From assembly GCA_902783395.1 (NCBI GenBank), contig CACZRA010000194.1, forward strand, positions 1 to 36,223: DNA of 36,223 bases. The letters are read 5' to 3'. Positions 25,717-36,223 of this stretch are shown here, one piece after another (positions within the stretch are counted from its first letter, which is position 1; each line of letters starts with the position of its first letter). The notes below the pieces were generated by a model. It saw nothing but the letters and a program-made list of their open reading frames with translations, was not told the origin of the DNA and made no database searches. The DNA comes from an uncultured Lachnospiraceae bacterium. Its GTDB lineage: Bacteria > Bacillota > Clostridia > Lachnospirales > Lachnospiraceae. Position numbers and translations under genes: made by a program.

Positions 25717-27938
25717 ATTATGAGATAACCGTAAAAGGCGTAGTACAGGGTGTCGGATTCCGTCCTTTTGTATACCGGCTTGCCAGGAAAATGGGGCTCT
25801 CGGGAGATGTAAGGAATTCCGGGGGTATAGTACGCATAAGGCTTACGGATACCGATGAAGAGACGGCAAAGAAATTTGTTTCCAGGCTCAGGACGGATAA
25901 GCCCGGGGAAGCGGTGATCAGTTCGGCAGATATAAAACCGGCAGAGCAGGAGAATGGCGCTGCCGGTTTTTTTATCATATCCTCCGATGACATACGGGAG
26001 GATGAGCTACCGGATATCCCGGCGGATATCGGGGTATGTACGAAATGTATTTCCGAGATGAGAGAGCTTTCAAACCGGAGATACGCATATCCGTACATAT
26101 CCTGCGCAGCCTGCGGGCCGAGATTTTCCATTATAGAAAGACTGCCGTATGACAGAGACAATACAACCATGTCGGAATACGAAATGTGTTCCCGATGCAT
26201 GTCGGATTACAATGACGCGGGAAATCCCTACGCAAGAAGACATTTTGCCCAGACGATAAGCTGCAACAGCTGCGGTCCTCAGGTCATACTGCGTACCGAT
26301 GAGGGCAGGGAGTTGACCGGGGGATTCGCTGTAGGAAAGGCGTGTGAGATATTAAGATACGGCGGTATTCTTGCTATCAAGGGGACAGGGGGTTATCAGT
26401 TTGCGTGTCTTCCGGATGATACTTACGCGGTGCTGAAGCTGAGGGATATAAAGGGCAGAGAGAAGAAGCCCTTTGCTCTTTTGTTTCCGACTATAGCATC
26501 CATAAGGGAGGTCGCGGAGGTGTCCAAAGCAGAGGAGCAGCTGCTTCGCTCCCAGGCGCGTCCGATAGTGCTTCTGGAAGCGCATCTGAGAGACAAGGCC
26601 CTGAAATTTGTGTGCGGTGACAGCATGAGCATCGGAGCAATGCTTCCTCATACAGGACTGCATGCAATATTGTCATCGACCCTGGGACCTATGGTGCTTA
26701 CTTCGGGAAATATAAGCGGAGAACCGCTTTCTTACAGGGACGAGGATTTCTTCCGTCATGAGTTTGAAGGTATTGAGGGAGTCCTGTACTATAAACGGGA
26801 CATTCTTGTTCCGCTGGATGATTCGGTGGCAAGGATCACCGACGGAAAAAAACAGATACTCAGATACGCGAGAGGATATGTGCCGGGAAAGCTGGTGCTG
26901 GATAAAAGTCTTAAAAAGCCTCTGATCGCGTTCGGAGGGGATCTGAAGGCTTCTTTTGCTGTCGCGAAGGGAAAGGGTATCGTGCTTTCCCAGTATATAG
27001 GAGATATGGAGAGCTATGCCTGCCAGGAGAACTTCAAGGCTTCCCTGGAAAGGGAGATCAGGCTGTACGGGTTCCGGCCGGAGGCTGTTGTCTGTGATAA
27101 GCATCCGGGCTATATTTCCGCGAGACTAGCAGGAGAATTCGCAAAAAAGCACAAGATTCCCGTCATAGGTGTTTATCATCATCATGCGCACATTGCCTCG
27201 GTGATGGCGGAACACGGTCTTACGCATACTATAGGCATTGCTATGGATGGTACAGGTTACGGCAGGGACGGAAGGATCTGGGGAGGCGAGGTTTTCTATG
27301 TTATGGGACCCAATTCCGACAGGCGTTCGCATATAGGATATTTCCGGCTTATAGGCGGGGACGAAGCGGCTAGGGATGCCGGGAAGGATCTTAAATGTCT
27401 TATGCATGCAGCTGGCTTTGAAATAGATGATGAGATAGTTGCCGCCGCCATAGACGAGCATATAAACACATTTGAAACATCTTCTGCAGGGCGGCTCTTT
27501 GATATCACGGCAGCGGCTCTGGGATTAAGGAGCTATAATACTTATGAGGCTGAATGTGCCACGGCGCTTGAAAATGCAGCCAGATCAGCACTGAAAAAGG
27601 GGCTTACGATGTATGCGCTTCCCGTTACCGGAGATCCGCATGAGCTGATATATTATCTGATAAAAGCAAAGCAGAGGGGCATCGATGTAAGAGAACTCGC
27701 CATAGGATTCCACAAAGCCCTGGCTTCCTGGGTGGTAAAACAATGTGAAGATATACGGGATGATAACGCCGATAATAACGTATGTCTTTCAGGCGGATGC
27801 TTTGCAAATCAGGTACTTACGGATATGTGCAGGGACGGACTTACGGCGAAGGGATTTCATGTATATATGAATGAAAGGATCCCACTCAACGATCAGGGGA
27901 TCGCAGCAGGGCAGGCGTACATACTGGCACTGCAGTAA
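25713..27938 (+). CDS. hypF: Carbamoyltransferase HypF
   Basis: Acylphosphatase GVVQGVGFRPFVY, two CxxC...CxxC zinc fingers, TSGNISGEP, DKHP, HHHAH, DGTGYG, SSAGRLFD, LSGG-x-F-x-N, ND-x-GI-x-x-GQ. Confidence 0.96.
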   Translation: MNYEITVKGVVQGVGFRPFVYRLARKMGLSGDVRNSGGIVRIRLTDTDEETAKKFVSRLRTDKPGEAVISSADIKPAEQENGAAGFFIISSDDIREDELPDIPADIGVCTKCISEMRELSNRRYAYPYISCAACGPRFSIIERLPYDRDNTTMSEYEMCSRCMSDYNDAGNPYARRHFAQTISCNSCGPQVILRTDEGRELTGGFAVGKACEILRYGGILAIKGTGGYQFACLPDDTYAVLKLRDIKGREKKPFALLFPTIASIREVAEVSKAEEQLLRSQARPIVLLEAHLRDKALKFVCGDSMSIGAMLPHTGLHAILSSTLGPMVLTSGNISGEPLSYRDEDFFRHEFEGIEGVLYYKRDILVPLDDSVARITDGKKQILRYARGYVPGKLVLDKSLKKPLIAFGGDLKASFAVAKGKGIVLSQYIGDMESYACQENFKASLEREIRLYGFRPEAVVCDKHPGYISARLAGEFAKKHKIPVIGVYHHHAHIASVMAEHGLTHTIGIAMDGTGYGRDGRIWGGEVFYVMGPNSDRRSHIGYFRLIGGDEAARDAGKDLKCLMHAAGFEIDDEIVAAAIDEHINTFETSSAGRLFDITAAALGLRSYNTYEAECATALENAARSALKKGLTMYALPVTGDPHELIYYLIKAKQRGIDVRELAIGFHKALASWVVKQCEDIRDDNADNNVCLSGGCFANQVLTDMCRDGLTAKGFHVYMNERIPLNDQGIAAGQAYILALQ

Positions 27939-27958
27939 GGAAACGGAAGGAAAAAGCT

Positions 27959-28171
27959 ATGTGCATTGCATCGGGCGGAGTGATAAAGCAAAAGAAAGGA
28001 CATAAGGCGCTGGTTGATTTCGGAGGAAATGTAATAGAAGCCGAGGCCGGACTTACCGAATGTGCAGTCGGAGACCATGTGCTTGTCCATGCGGGGTGCA
28101 TAATACAAAAGCTTTCGGAGACAGAGGCAGAGGAAATGAATGAGATCATGAGGCTTTTGGAGGATATTTAA
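27959..28171 (+). CDS. hypC: Hydrogenase assembly chaperone HypC
   Basis: N-terminal MC, ALVDFGG, VGDHVLVHAG. Confidence 0.9.
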   Translation: MCIASGGVIKQKKGHKALVDFGGNVIEAEAGLTECAVGDHVLVHAGCIIQKLSETEAEEMNEIMRLLEDI

Positions 28172-28187
28172 CAGCACCGGGGATAGT

Positions 28188-29216
28188 ATGATGGAATCGG
28201 AACATACGATTGAGTACCTGAAGAATTACAACGGCAGAGAGATCCGTCTGATGGAGGTCTGCGGAACACACAGTGCGGAAATCAGACGAAACGGTATACC
28301 ATCCATGTTATCGGACAGGATCCATATGATAACCGGGCCGGGATGTCCCGTGTGTGTGACGGTAAGCGGGTATATCGACAGACTGATAGAACTTTCCCGC
28401 GACAGCCGGAATGTCATAGTCTCGTTCGGGGATATGCTGAGGGTTCCGGGTTCCTGTTCGGATCTGATACATGCAAAAGCCGAAGGAGCGGATATCAGAT
28501 ATGTATATTCACCCTTTGATATGCTGGGCATGGCTGCGGAAGACAGAGAGCATATATATATTTTCGCAGCTGTAGGATTTGAAACTACCGCTCCGGTATA
28601 TGCAGCGCTTATTTCAGAGGCATTGGAGCAGGGTGTTGAAAACATAAGACTGCTGACATCGCTTAAGACCATGCCGGGTGCGATAGAACGGATCGCGGAC
28701 GGTGTAGACGGATTTCTTGCCCCCGGGCATGTGGCAGTGATAACCGGAACAGGAGATTATGAAGCACTTGCATCAAAACTCGGACTTCCGTTTGTTATCT
28801 CGGGATTCAGGGGAAAAGAGCTGCTGTCATCGATATATGCACTGACCAGGATGGCGGAAAGAAGTGAAGCAGGGTGCATGAATCTTTATCCGCAGGCGGT
28901 GGTGAAGGAGGGGAATCCTTCCGCAAGAAATGCCGTAAAGAAGTTTTTTGAAGCAGGGGATGCAGTCTGGAGAGGTATGGGTATGATACCCGCTTCGGGA
29001 ATGTATCTTACGGAGGAATATCAGAAGTATGATGCCGGCAGCAGAGGGATAGCCGGGGATGCCGAAATATCCGGATGTAAATGCGCACAGGTGATAACGG
29101 GGAAGCTTACACCCGGAGAGTGCCCGATGTTCGGAAAAGCATGTACTGCGGAACATCCCGTCGGCGTTTGCATGGTCTCTCAGGAGGGAGCCTGTTTCAT
29201 AATGTCCTCCGGATAA
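28188..29216 (+). CDS. hypD: Hydrogenase formation protein HypD
   Basis: MEVCGTH, GPGCPVCV, GFETTAP, APGHV, C-terminal C...C...C...CMVS-x-EGAC. Confidence 0.96.
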   Translation: MMESEHTIEYLKNYNGREIRLMEVCGTHSAEIRRNGIPSMLSDRIHMITGPGCPVCVTVSGYIDRLIELSRDSRNVIVSFGDMLRVPGSCSDLIHAKAEGADIRYVYSPFDMLGMAAEDREHIYIFAAVGFETTAPVYAALISEALEQGVENIRLLTSLKTMPGAIERIADGVDGFLAPGHVAVITGTGDYEALASKLGLPFVISGFRGKELLSSIYALTRMAERSEAGCMNLYPQAVVKEGNPSARNAVKKFFEAGDAVWRGMGMIPASGMYLTEEYQKYDAGSRGIAGDAEISGCKCAQVITGKLTPGECPMFGKACTAEHPVGVCMVSQEGACFIMSSG

Positions 29217-29286
29217 GGCCGGATATGATACATGAGGCCGCAAAGAAGGCAGCATACAGAGAAGAGAATGTCAGAGGAGCATATAA

Positions 29287-30156
29287 GTGATAATATCGGA
29301 CAAATGGAAAGATTATGAGGTGCTTGACACATCCTGCGGCGAAAAGCTGGAGCGATGGGGAAATTATGTGCTGATACGGCCTGATCCGCAGGTTATATGG
29401 GATACGCCGAAACGGGACAGGCGGTGGAAGTCGGCAGACGGTCATTATTACAGAAGCGATAAGGGCGGCGGCCATTGGGAATTAAACGGACTGCCCGAGG
29501 AGTGGCGTATCTCTTACGGGGAGCTGAGATTTAACCTGAAACCTTTTTCCTTCAAGCATACAGGGCTTTTTCCCGAGCAGGCCGCAAACTGGGATTTTGC
29601 TTCCTCACTGATAAGAGAACGGAGGGAGAGAGGTAAGAGCGTGAAGCTTCTGAATCTTTTTGCCTATACCGGAGGCGCGACTGTTTCTGCTGCAAGAGCA
29701 GGAGCTCATGTGACACATGTGGATGCGTCGAAGGGGATGACGGGATGGGCTAAGGAAAATGCCGAAGTATCCGGGATCCCGCATGAAAGCTGCCGGTGGA
29801 TCGTGGAGGACTGCCGCCGGTTTACGGAACGGGAGATACGGCGTGGAAATAAGTACGATGCCGTTATACTTGATCCGCCCTCATACGGAAGGGGACCAAA
29901 GGGAGAGGTTTGGAAGATGGAGGAGGATATATTCGGGTTTTTACAGCTTGTCTCGCAGCTTTTATCGGATGATCCTGCTTTTGTGATCCTTAATTCATAT
30001 ACTACAGGACTTCAGCCGGCAGTGCTTACATACATGATGGAACTTCTTCTGGTAAAAAAACACGGCGGAACGGTGGAATCGGATGAGGTGGGACTTCCTG
30101 TTACCGGAAACGGTCTGATCCTGCCCTGCGGAGCAACGGGGAGGTGGCGGATCTGA
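29287..30156 (+). CDS. Class I SAM-dependent methyltransferase (RlmI/RlmK-like catalytic domain)
   Basis: KHTGLFPEQ, LLNLFAYTGG, HVDAS, ILDPPSYGRG. GTG start with SD GAGGAG. Confidence 0.88.
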   Translation: MIISDKWKDYEVLDTSCGEKLERWGNYVLIRPDPQVIWDTPKRDRRWKSADGHYYRSDKGGGHWELNGLPEEWRISYGELRFNLKPFSFKHTGLFPEQAANWDFASSLIRERRERGKSVKLLNLFAYTGGATVSAARAGAHVTHVDASKGMTGWAKENAEVSGIPHESCRWIVEDCRRFTEREIRRGNKYDAVILDPPSYGRGPKGEVWKMEEDIFGFLQLVSQLLSDDPAFVILNSYTTGLQPAVLTYMMELLLVKKHGGTVESDEVGLPVTGNGLILPCGATGRWRI

Positions 30157-31154
30157 TGACCGGAGTAGACAGAACCCACGGTTCGGGCGGAATCGCAACA
30201 TCAAAACTCATAGATGAGGTATTCAAAAAAGCCTTCTCAAATGAATATTTAAATAAACTTGGCGATTCGGCGGTTGTTCCGGGGTATGACAGACTGGCCG
30301 TAACCACGGATTCCTTTGTAGTGAAGCCTGTATTCTTTCCCGGAGGAGATATAGGAAGACTGGCTGTCTGCGGGACGGTGAACGATCTGCTTATGAGCGG
30401 AGCAAAACCCGTATATCTTACGGCCGGATATATCCTTGAGGAGGGTCTTGAAGCAAAAGCCCTGGAAAGGATCGCGCATTCCATGGCGGAAACGGCGAAG
30501 GAGGCAGGGGTTGTGATAGCGGCGGGAGATACCAAGGTTGTGGAGCCTGCCGATCCCGGGAACCCCGGACTCATGATAAATACATCAGGGGTCGGATTCG
30601 TGAGTGAAGGTACGGAAATCTCTCCTGAAAGGATAAGACCCGGAGATGCAGTCATAATATCCGGAAATCTCGGTGATCACCATGCCGCTATCCTGAGCAC
30701 CAGAATGTCGGTAAAAAACAGTATCCTGTCGGATGCCGCTCCGTTAACGGAGATGGTTGGAAGGCTCATCGGTTCAGGAACGGAGGTCCATGCCATGAGA
30801 GATATAACCCGCGGCGGACTTGCTACTATATTAAATGAGTTTTCGGATGCTTCGGGGATCCATATCAGGATAGAGGAAAGGAAGCTTCCGGTATCTGAAG
30901 AGGTTGCCGGATTTGCCGGACTTTTGGGACTGGATCCGCTGTATATGGGAAATGAAGGCAAATGCGTCTTTATCCTTCCTGAGGATCAGGCAGATGCGGC
31001 ACTTGATATCATAAGGAGCAGCCGGTACGGAGCAAATGCTTCGATCATAGGATATACCGATGATGCAAAGCAGGGCGTCACAATGATCACCTCCATAGGA
31101 GGCGAAAAAGTCGTAACACCTCTCTACGGAGAGGGTCTTCCGAGGATCTGCTGA
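30156..31154 (+). CDS. hypE: Hydrogenase expression/formation protein HypE
   Basis: HGSGG, TTDSFVV-x-P-x-FFPGGDIG-x-LAV-x-GTVNDL, GDTKVV, RD-x-TRGG, NEG, C-terminal PRIC. ATG 30156 (TGATG overlap, SD GGAGGT) preferred over GTG 30144. Confidence 0.95.
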   Translation: MTGVDRTHGSGGIATSKLIDEVFKKAFSNEYLNKLGDSAVVPGYDRLAVTTDSFVVKPVFFPGGDIGRLAVCGTVNDLLMSGAKPVYLTAGYILEEGLEAKALERIAHSMAETAKEAGVVIAAGDTKVVEPADPGNPGLMINTSGVGFVSEGTEISPERIRPGDAVIISGNLGDHHAAILSTRMSVKNSILSDAAPLTEMVGRLIGSGTEVHAMRDITRGGLATILNEFSDASGIHIRIEERKLPVSEEVAGFAGLLGLDPLYMGNEGKCVFILPEDQADAALDIIRSSRYGANASIIGYTDDAKQGVTMITSIGGEKVVTPLYGEGLPRIC

Positions 31155-31202
31155 TCAGTAACATCCCTCTTCCTGTCATTTGTGAAAAAACGGTGTTTGG
31201 TG

Positions 31203-31231
31203 TTGACATTAGACATTAAGGGTGGTAGATT
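31203..31231 (+). promoter_or_regulatory. Sigma-A promoter of the hrcA-dnaK operon
   Basis: TTGACA-N17-TAGATT with extended TG. Confidence 0.8.
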
Positions 31232-31243
31232 ATGTCTTGACGA

Positions 31244-31270
31244 TTAGCACTCATTCGAGTCGAGTGCTAA
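31244..31270. promoter_or_regulatory. CIRCE element (HrcA operator)
   Basis: Exact TTAGCACTC-N9-GAGTGCTAA between the promoter and hrcA. Confidence 0.98.
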
Positions 31271-31295
31271 CGAGAAAACGGGAAAGGAGGTTCCG

Positions 31296-32354
31296 ATGGC
31301 TAAAGAAGCAGTGAAGATAACCGAGCTTGACGAGAGAAAAGTAAAAATACTTACGGCAGTCATCAGGAACTATCTTGAGACGGGCGAGCCTGTCGGAAGC
31401 CGTACGATATCAAAATATACGGACCTGCAGCTTTCAAGCGCTACCATAAGAAATGAGATGTCCGATCTGGAAGAGATGGGCTACATTTTCCAGCCTCATA
31501 CCAGCAGCGGCCGGATACCTACGGATAAGGGATACAGATTCTACGTGGATAACCTTATGAGCGAGAAGGAGCGTGAGATCCAGGAGAAGGAAGACCTTAT
31601 CATAGAAAAAGCGGATAAGCTGGAGGCAGTGCTGAAGCAGGCTGCAAAGCTGCTTGCGGCAAATACGAATTATACAGCGCTTGTCAGCTCTCCGGAGACG
31701 CACAGGAATAAGCTTAAATTCCTTCAGCTTTCAAAGGTTGAAAAGGATTCGCTGCTTGCAGTAATAGTTGTCGAAGGAAATATCATAAAGAACAAGATGA
31801 TCCAGACTGAGGAGGAGATAGACGAAGATACGATCCTCAAGCTGAACCTCCTGCTCAATACTCATCTGAACGGATTATCGCTTGAAGAGATCAATCTCGG
31901 ACTTATCACACTGCTTAAGGAAAGAGCCGGGATGCATACGGAGATAGTAAGTTCCGTTATTGATGCGGTGGCAGATGCCATAAGGGCAGATGAGGATCTG
32001 GAGATATATACTTCCGGTGCAACGAATATGTTCAAGTATCCTGAGCTTATGGATTCCGGCAAGGCGACGGACATAATAAATACCTTTGAAAACAAGGAAG
32101 AACTTGAAAAGATAGTTAATGCGTCTCTTGCCGAGAACAACGCCGGGAAGAACGAGATGCAGGTATATATCGGAAAAGAGATGGCGAGCCCGGCAATGCA
32201 GGACTGCTCGGTGGTCACGGCAACCTACGATCTCGGTGACGGTATGAGAGGTACGATAGGTATAGTCGGACCAAAACGGATGGATTATGAGAAGGCCATG
32301 GGAACCATGCAGAGCCTGATGAACCAGCTTGATGAGATATACAAAAAGAAATAG
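31296..32354 (+). CDS. hrcA: Heat-inducible transcription repressor HrcA
   Basis: EPVGSR, SSATIRNEMSDLE, QPHTSSGRIPTDKGYR, GIVGPKRMDY. Confidence 0.98.
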   Translation: MAKEAVKITELDERKVKILTAVIRNYLETGEPVGSRTISKYTDLQLSSATIRNEMSDLEEMGYIFQPHTSSGRIPTDKGYRFYVDNLMSEKEREIQEKEDLIIEKADKLEAVLKQAAKLLAANTNYTALVSSPETHRNKLKFLQLSKVEKDSLLAVIVVEGNIIKNKMIQTEEEIDEDTILKLNLLLNTHLNGLSLEEINLGLITLLKERAGMHTEIVSSVIDAVADAIRADEDLEIYTSGATNMFKYPELMDSGKATDIINTFENKEELEKIVNASLAENNAGKNEMQVYIGKEMASPAMQDCSVVTATYDLGDGMRGTIGIVGPKRMDYEKAMGTMQSLMNQLDEIYKKK

Positions 32355-32393
32355 TGAAAACACAGATGATACGGGTATTCGGAGGACACTGAT

Positions 32394-33020
32394 TTGGGTA
32401 AGAATAAGGACAAAAAGAAAACAGAGGAAGCAGCGGAAGAAACGCTGAAGGAAGAACAGAAGGAAGAGGCAGCCGGCGAAGAGCAGACCGGAACAGAGCA
32501 GCCGGAGGAAAAAGAGGGCGAAGAGGAAGAGACGGCCGCCGGAGAGGAGCAGAAGGAAGAGGATCGGGAAAAAGAAGATCCGAGAGATATAAAGATCGCC
32601 GAGCTTAATGATAAGGTGGTACGCCAGATGGCTGAGTTCGATAACTTCAGAAAGCGTACCGACAAAGAAAAATCCGAAATGTTCTCTAACGGAGAGAAGA
32701 CAGTAATAGAGGCGATACTTCCGGTCATAGATAATTTCGAGAGAGCACTCGAGATGGCGGGAAAGGATCAGGAGAAAAAGGATGATCCGTTTATGGAGGG
32801 AATGGATAAGGTTTATAAGCAGCTTCTCGACGAGCTTGAAAAACTGGGAGTAAAACCTATAGAAGCGCTCGGAGCGGATTTTGACCCTAATCTGCACAAC
32901 GCGGTGATGCAGGAGGATACGGAGGATTATGAATCCGGAAAGGTCTGCAAGGAATTACAAAAAGGATACACACTTAATGATTCAGTCGTAAGACACTCTA
33001 TGGTGTCTGTGGCAAAATGA
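32394..33020 (+). CDS. grpE: Nucleotide exchange factor GrpE
   Basis: Acidic N-terminus, [32 protein letters not shown]...VR. TTG start with GGAGG. Confidence 0.97.
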   Translation: MGKNKDKKKTEEAAEETLKEEQKEEAAGEEQTGTEQPEEKEGEEEETAAGEEQKEEDREKEDPRDIKIAELNDKVVRQMAEFDNFRKRTDKEKSEMFSNGEKTVIEAILPVIDNFERALEMAGKDQEKKDDPFMEGMDKVYKQLLDELEKLGVKPIEALGADFDPNLHNAVMQEDTEDYESGKVCKELQKGYTLNDSVVRHSMVSVAK

Positions 33021-33033
33021 GGAGGATAAAGCT

Positions 33034-34938
33034 ATGAGTAAGATAATCGGAATCGATCTCGGAACAACAAATTCATGTGTGGCAGTCATGGAGGGCGGAA
33101 AGCCCACTGTCATAGCAAATGTGGAAGGAATGAGGACAACTCCCTCGGTAGTTGCGTTCACGAATAACGGTGAGAGACTTGTCGGAGAGCCTGCAAAGAG
33201 ACAGGCCGTAACAAACGCGGACAGGACCATATCATCCATCAAGCGTGATATGGGTACGGACCGCGGACGTACGATAGATGACAAGAAGTATTCACCACAG
33301 CAGATATCCGCAATGATCCTTACCAAGCTGAAGGCTGACGCGGAAAGCTATCTCGGAGAGAAGGTGACGGAGGCTGTCATAACGGTTCCGGCATACTTCA
33401 ATGATGCACAGAGGCAGGCAACAAAGGATGCCGGCAAGATCGCCGGGCTCGATGTAAAGCGTATTATAAATGAGCCCACGGCAGCGGCACTGGCATACGG
33501 TCTTGATAACGAGAAGGAACAGAAGATCCTTGTATATGATCTCGGAGGAGGCACCTTCGATGTATCCATAATCGAGATAGGCGACGGCGTCATAGAGGTT
33601 CTTGCGACCAACGGAGATACTCATCTCGGAGGAGATGATATTGATAACGTGATATCGAAATATATGGTAGATGACTTCAAGAACAAAGAAGGCATAGACC
33701 TCTCCGGTGACAAGATGGCCATGCAGCGTATAAAGGAAGCGGCGGAAAAGGCTAAGAAGGAGCTTTCCAGTGCATCCACGACAAACATTAATCTGCCGTT
33801 CATTACCGCAACCGCAGACGGACCCAAGCATTTTGACATGAATCTTACAAGGGCAAAGTTTGAAGAGCTTATCCATGATATAGTTGAAAAAACCGCCGTA
33901 CCCGTACAGAATGCCATGAGGGACGCGGGACTGAATAATTCGGATCTCGGAAAGGTGCTTCTTGTAGGTGGTTCAACGCGTATCCCCTGTGTGCAGGATA
34001 AAGTAAAGCAGCTTACGGGGCAGGAGCCTTCAAAGAGTCTCAACCCTGACGAGTGTGTGGCTATCGGTGCGTCGATACAGGGCGGAAAGCTTGCGGGTGA
34101 CGCAGGAGCGGGGGATGTGCTTCTTCTGGATGTAACTCCTCTGTCACTTTCCATCGAGACTATGGGAGGCATAGCTACGAGGCTCATCGAAAGAAATACG
34201 ACCATACCTACCAAAAAGAGCCAGGTATTTTCAACGGCGGCGGATAATCAGACCGCAGTGGATATAAATGTCCTTCAGGGTGAGAGACAGTTCGCGAAGG
34301 ATAATAAGAGCCTCGGCCAGTTCAGGCTTGACGGCATACCGCCTGCAAGAAGAGGAATGCCTCAGATAGAGGTTACATTTGATATCGATGCAAACGGTAT
34401 AGTTAATGTATCCGCGAAGGATCTCGGGACAGGTAAGGAGCAGCATATCACCATAACCGGCGGATCCAGCATGTCGGATGATGAGATAGACAGGGCTGTA
34501 AAGGATGCCCAGCAGTATGAGGCTGAGGATAAGAAGCGCAAAGAGGCCATCGATACAAAGAATGATGCCGATTCCTTTGCCTTCCAGACCGAGAATGCGA
34601 TAAATGAGGTCGGTGATAAGCTCGATGCTTCAGCAAAGAGTGAGGTAGAGGCAGATCTTAAGGCATTAAAGGATATTCTTGCAAAGCACAACGATGCATC
34701 GGAGCTCAGTGAGAGTGATGTGGATGAGATAAAGGCGGCCAAGAGCAAGCTCGAGGCATCGGCTCAGAAGGTATTCTCCGCTATGTATGAGAATATGCAG
34801 AAGGCCCAGGGCGCCGGTCCTCAGGCCGGACCCGCTCCCGATATGGGTAATATGGGCGGCGGAGCATCCGATAACGGATCTTCCTCTTCGGATGACGGAG
34901 GGCCGGATGTAGTAGATGCAGACTATCGGGAGGTATGA
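33034..34938 (+). CDS. dnaK: Molecular chaperone DnaK
   Basis: [44 protein letters not shown]. Confidence 0.99.
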   Translation: MSKIIGIDLGTTNSCVAVMEGGKPTVIANVEGMRTTPSVVAFTNNGERLVGEPAKRQAVTNADRTISSIKRDMGTDRGRTIDDKKYSPQQISAMILTKLKADAESYLGEKVTEAVITVPAYFNDAQRQATKDAGKIAGLDVKRIINEPTAAALAYGLDNEKEQKILVYDLGGGTFDVSIIEIGDGVIEVLATNGDTHLGGDDIDNVISKYMVDDFKNKEGIDLSGDKMAMQRIKEAAEKAKKELSSASTTNINLPFITATADGPKHFDMNLTRAKFEELIHDIVEKTAVPVQNAMRDAGLNNSDLGKVLLVGGSTRIPCVQDKVKQLTGQEPSKSLNPDECVAIGASIQGGKLAGDAGAGDVLLLDVTPLSLSIETMGGIATRLIERNTTIPTKKSQVFSTAADNQTAVDINVLQGERQFAKDNKSLGQFRLDGIPPARRGMPQIEVTFDIDANGIVNVSAKDLGTGKEQHITITGGSSMSDDEIDRAVKDAQQYEAEDKKRKEAIDTKNDADSFAFQTENAINEVGDKLDASAKSEVEADLKALKDILAKHNDASELSESDVDEIKAAKSKLEASAQKVFSAMYENMQKAQGAGPQAGPAPDMGNMGGGASDNGSSSSDDGGPDVVDADYREV

Positions 34939-35006
34939 GTTTCTTAACATTGATGCTCATGCCGGTACGGCGCGATCCCTTTGAATATTGTCCGCTGAAA
35001 GCGGAT

Positions 35007-35037
35007 TTTGACACATGCTTTTTCGGCATGTGTCAAA
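35007..35037 (+). other. Stem-loop between dnaK and dnaJ
   Basis: TTTGACACATGC-N7-GCATGTGTCAAA, a perfect 12-bp stem with no U-tract; a smaller hairpin lies at 34991-35005. Likely a partial terminator or mRNA stabiliser (inference). Confidence 0.6.
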
Positions 35038-35082
35038 GCCTGTAGACAGTGATTCAGTGAAGAATATGGAGTAAACCCAGAC

Positions 35083-36223
35083 ATGGCAGATCAGAAAAGA
35101 GATTATTATGAGGTTCTCGGTGTCGAGAAAGGCGCCGATGAGGAAACCTTAAAAAAAGCATACAGGAAGCTGGCAAAGAAATACCATCCTGACGCCAATC
35201 CCGGAGATAAGACGGCCGAGGCAAAGTTCAAGGAGGCTTCTGAAGCATATGCTGTCCTGTCAGATCCGGATAAACGCAGAAAGTACGATCAGTTCGGTCA
35301 TGCAGCGTTTGACGGTCCCGGTGGCGGAGCAGGCGGATTCGGAGATTTCGGAGGCTTCAGTACCATGGATTTCACCGATATGTTCGGCGATATCTTCGGG
35401 GATCTCTTCGGAGGCCGGAGCAGAGCAAATCATACGGGGCCGAGAAAAGGCGCGAATCTTCGTACTGCTGTGCGCATAACCTTTGAAGAAGCGGTATTCG
35501 GCTGCGAAAAGGAGATAGAGCTGACACTCAAGGACGAATGTCCCAAGTGCAAGGGAACGGGATGCAAGCCGGGAACCGGAAAAACTACATGCGGGAAGTG
35601 CGGCGGAAAGGGACAGATCGTATTTACGCAGCAGTCGCTTTTCGGCACGGTACAGAATATCCAGACCTGTCCGGATTGTCACGGATCCGGACAGATGATA
35701 AAGGACAAATGTCCTGACTGCTACGGAACGGGATATATCGCATCAAAGAAAAAGATACAGGTCTCGATACCTGCCGGTATTGATAACGGACAGGCTGTCC
35801 GTATCAGGGATAAGGGAGAGCCGGGAAGCAACGGCGGCCCGAGAGGCGATCTGCTTGTCGAGGTCGATGTTGCAAGACATCCCATCTTCCAGAGGAGGGA
35901 TATGGATATATATTCCACAGCGCCCATATCCTATGCTCAGGCTGCTTTAGGCGGTGATGTGATGATCGATACCGTAGACGGGAAGGTCGTTTATAACGTC
36001 AAAGCCGGTACCCAGACAGACACCAGGGTAAGACTTAAGGGCAAGGGAGTCCCGTCTCTGAGAAACGCAAATAACCGGGGTGACCAGTATGTGACACTTA
36101 TCGTGCAGGTCCCTACAGGACTGAACAATCAGGCAAAGGATCTCCTGAGGCAGTTTGACTATGTCACGGGCGATTCCTTAAACTATGTTGCAAAGCATGA
36201 AAATGATGCGGCAAAAGAAAACG
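35083..36223 (+). CDS. dnaJ: Molecular chaperone DnaJ (3' end outside window; absent from the ORF track)
   Basis: Read directly: [14 protein letters not shown]...KYHPD, G/F-rich linker, four CxxCxGxG repeats; no stop before the window end. Confidence 0.97.
   Translation, partial: MADQKRDYYEVLGVEKGADEETLKKAYRKLAKKYHPDANPGDKTAEAKFKEASEAYAVLSDPDKRRKYDQFGHAAFDGPGGGAGGFGDFGGFSTMDFTDMFGDIFGDLFGGRSRANHTGPRKGANLRTAVRITFEEAVFGCEKEIELTLKDECPKCKGTGCKPGTGKTTCGKCGGKGQIVFTQQSLFGTVQNIQTCPDCHGSGQMIKDKCPDCYGTGYIASKKKIQVSIPAGIDNGQAVRIRDKGEPGSNGGPRGDLLVEVDVARHPIFQRRDMDIYSTAPISYAQAALGGDVMIDTVDGKVVYNVKAGTQTDTRVRLKGKGVPSLRNANNRGDQYVTLIVQVPTGLNNQAKDLLRQFDYVTGDSLNYVAKHENDAAKEN

Noticed and set aside
31875-32897. 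340-aa minus-strand ORF, and similar long antisense ORFs at 24870-25712, 21138-21827, 11363-12028 and 6285-6941
   Set aside because: They fully overlap well-supported genes on the other strand and show no recognisable motifs.
1-36223. CRISPR arrays, tRNA/rRNA genes, IS elements, integrases or prophage genes
   Set aside because: No repeat-spacer periodicity, cloverleaf or rRNA signatures, or transposase/recombinase motifs seen; intergenic gaps are all under ~350 nt.

Overview
Chromosomal window from a Clostridia-type Firmicute; gene order and protein style suggest Lachnospiraceae (inference). Core content: the 3' end of a fucose/arabinose-isomerase-like gene, uvrC, hprK-glk-murB-rapZ-whiA-HPr-like, fba, a cyclophilin, a complete Ech-type [NiFe]-hydrogenase operon (echA-F) with hypF/C/D/E, and the CIRCE-controlled hrcA-grpE-dnaK-dnaJ operon (dnaJ runs off the end). 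About 8.5 kb of accessory genes lies between uvrC and hprK: a YdcF/DUF218 membrane protein, a stand-alone NRPS-like protein with an unusual STAS-A-T-C architecture, a 1004-aa Ig/B-repeat surface protein with a GPS-like motif next to its anchor, and two small proteins with double-glycine leaders and no transporter nearby. The best non-coding candidate is a ~95-nt minus-strand sRNA between fba and the cyclophilin gene; it carries anti-start-codon and anti-Shine-Dalgarno sequences split by a GNRA hairpin and lies downstream of 11-bp-phased direct repeats. Other oddities: WhiA lacking ~100 aa, an HPr paralogue with His15->Asp, probably leaderless uvrC, and a SAM methyltransferase between hypD and hypE. 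No tRNA, rRNA, CRISPR array or transposase was seen. All assignments come from reading motifs by eye; no searches were run.
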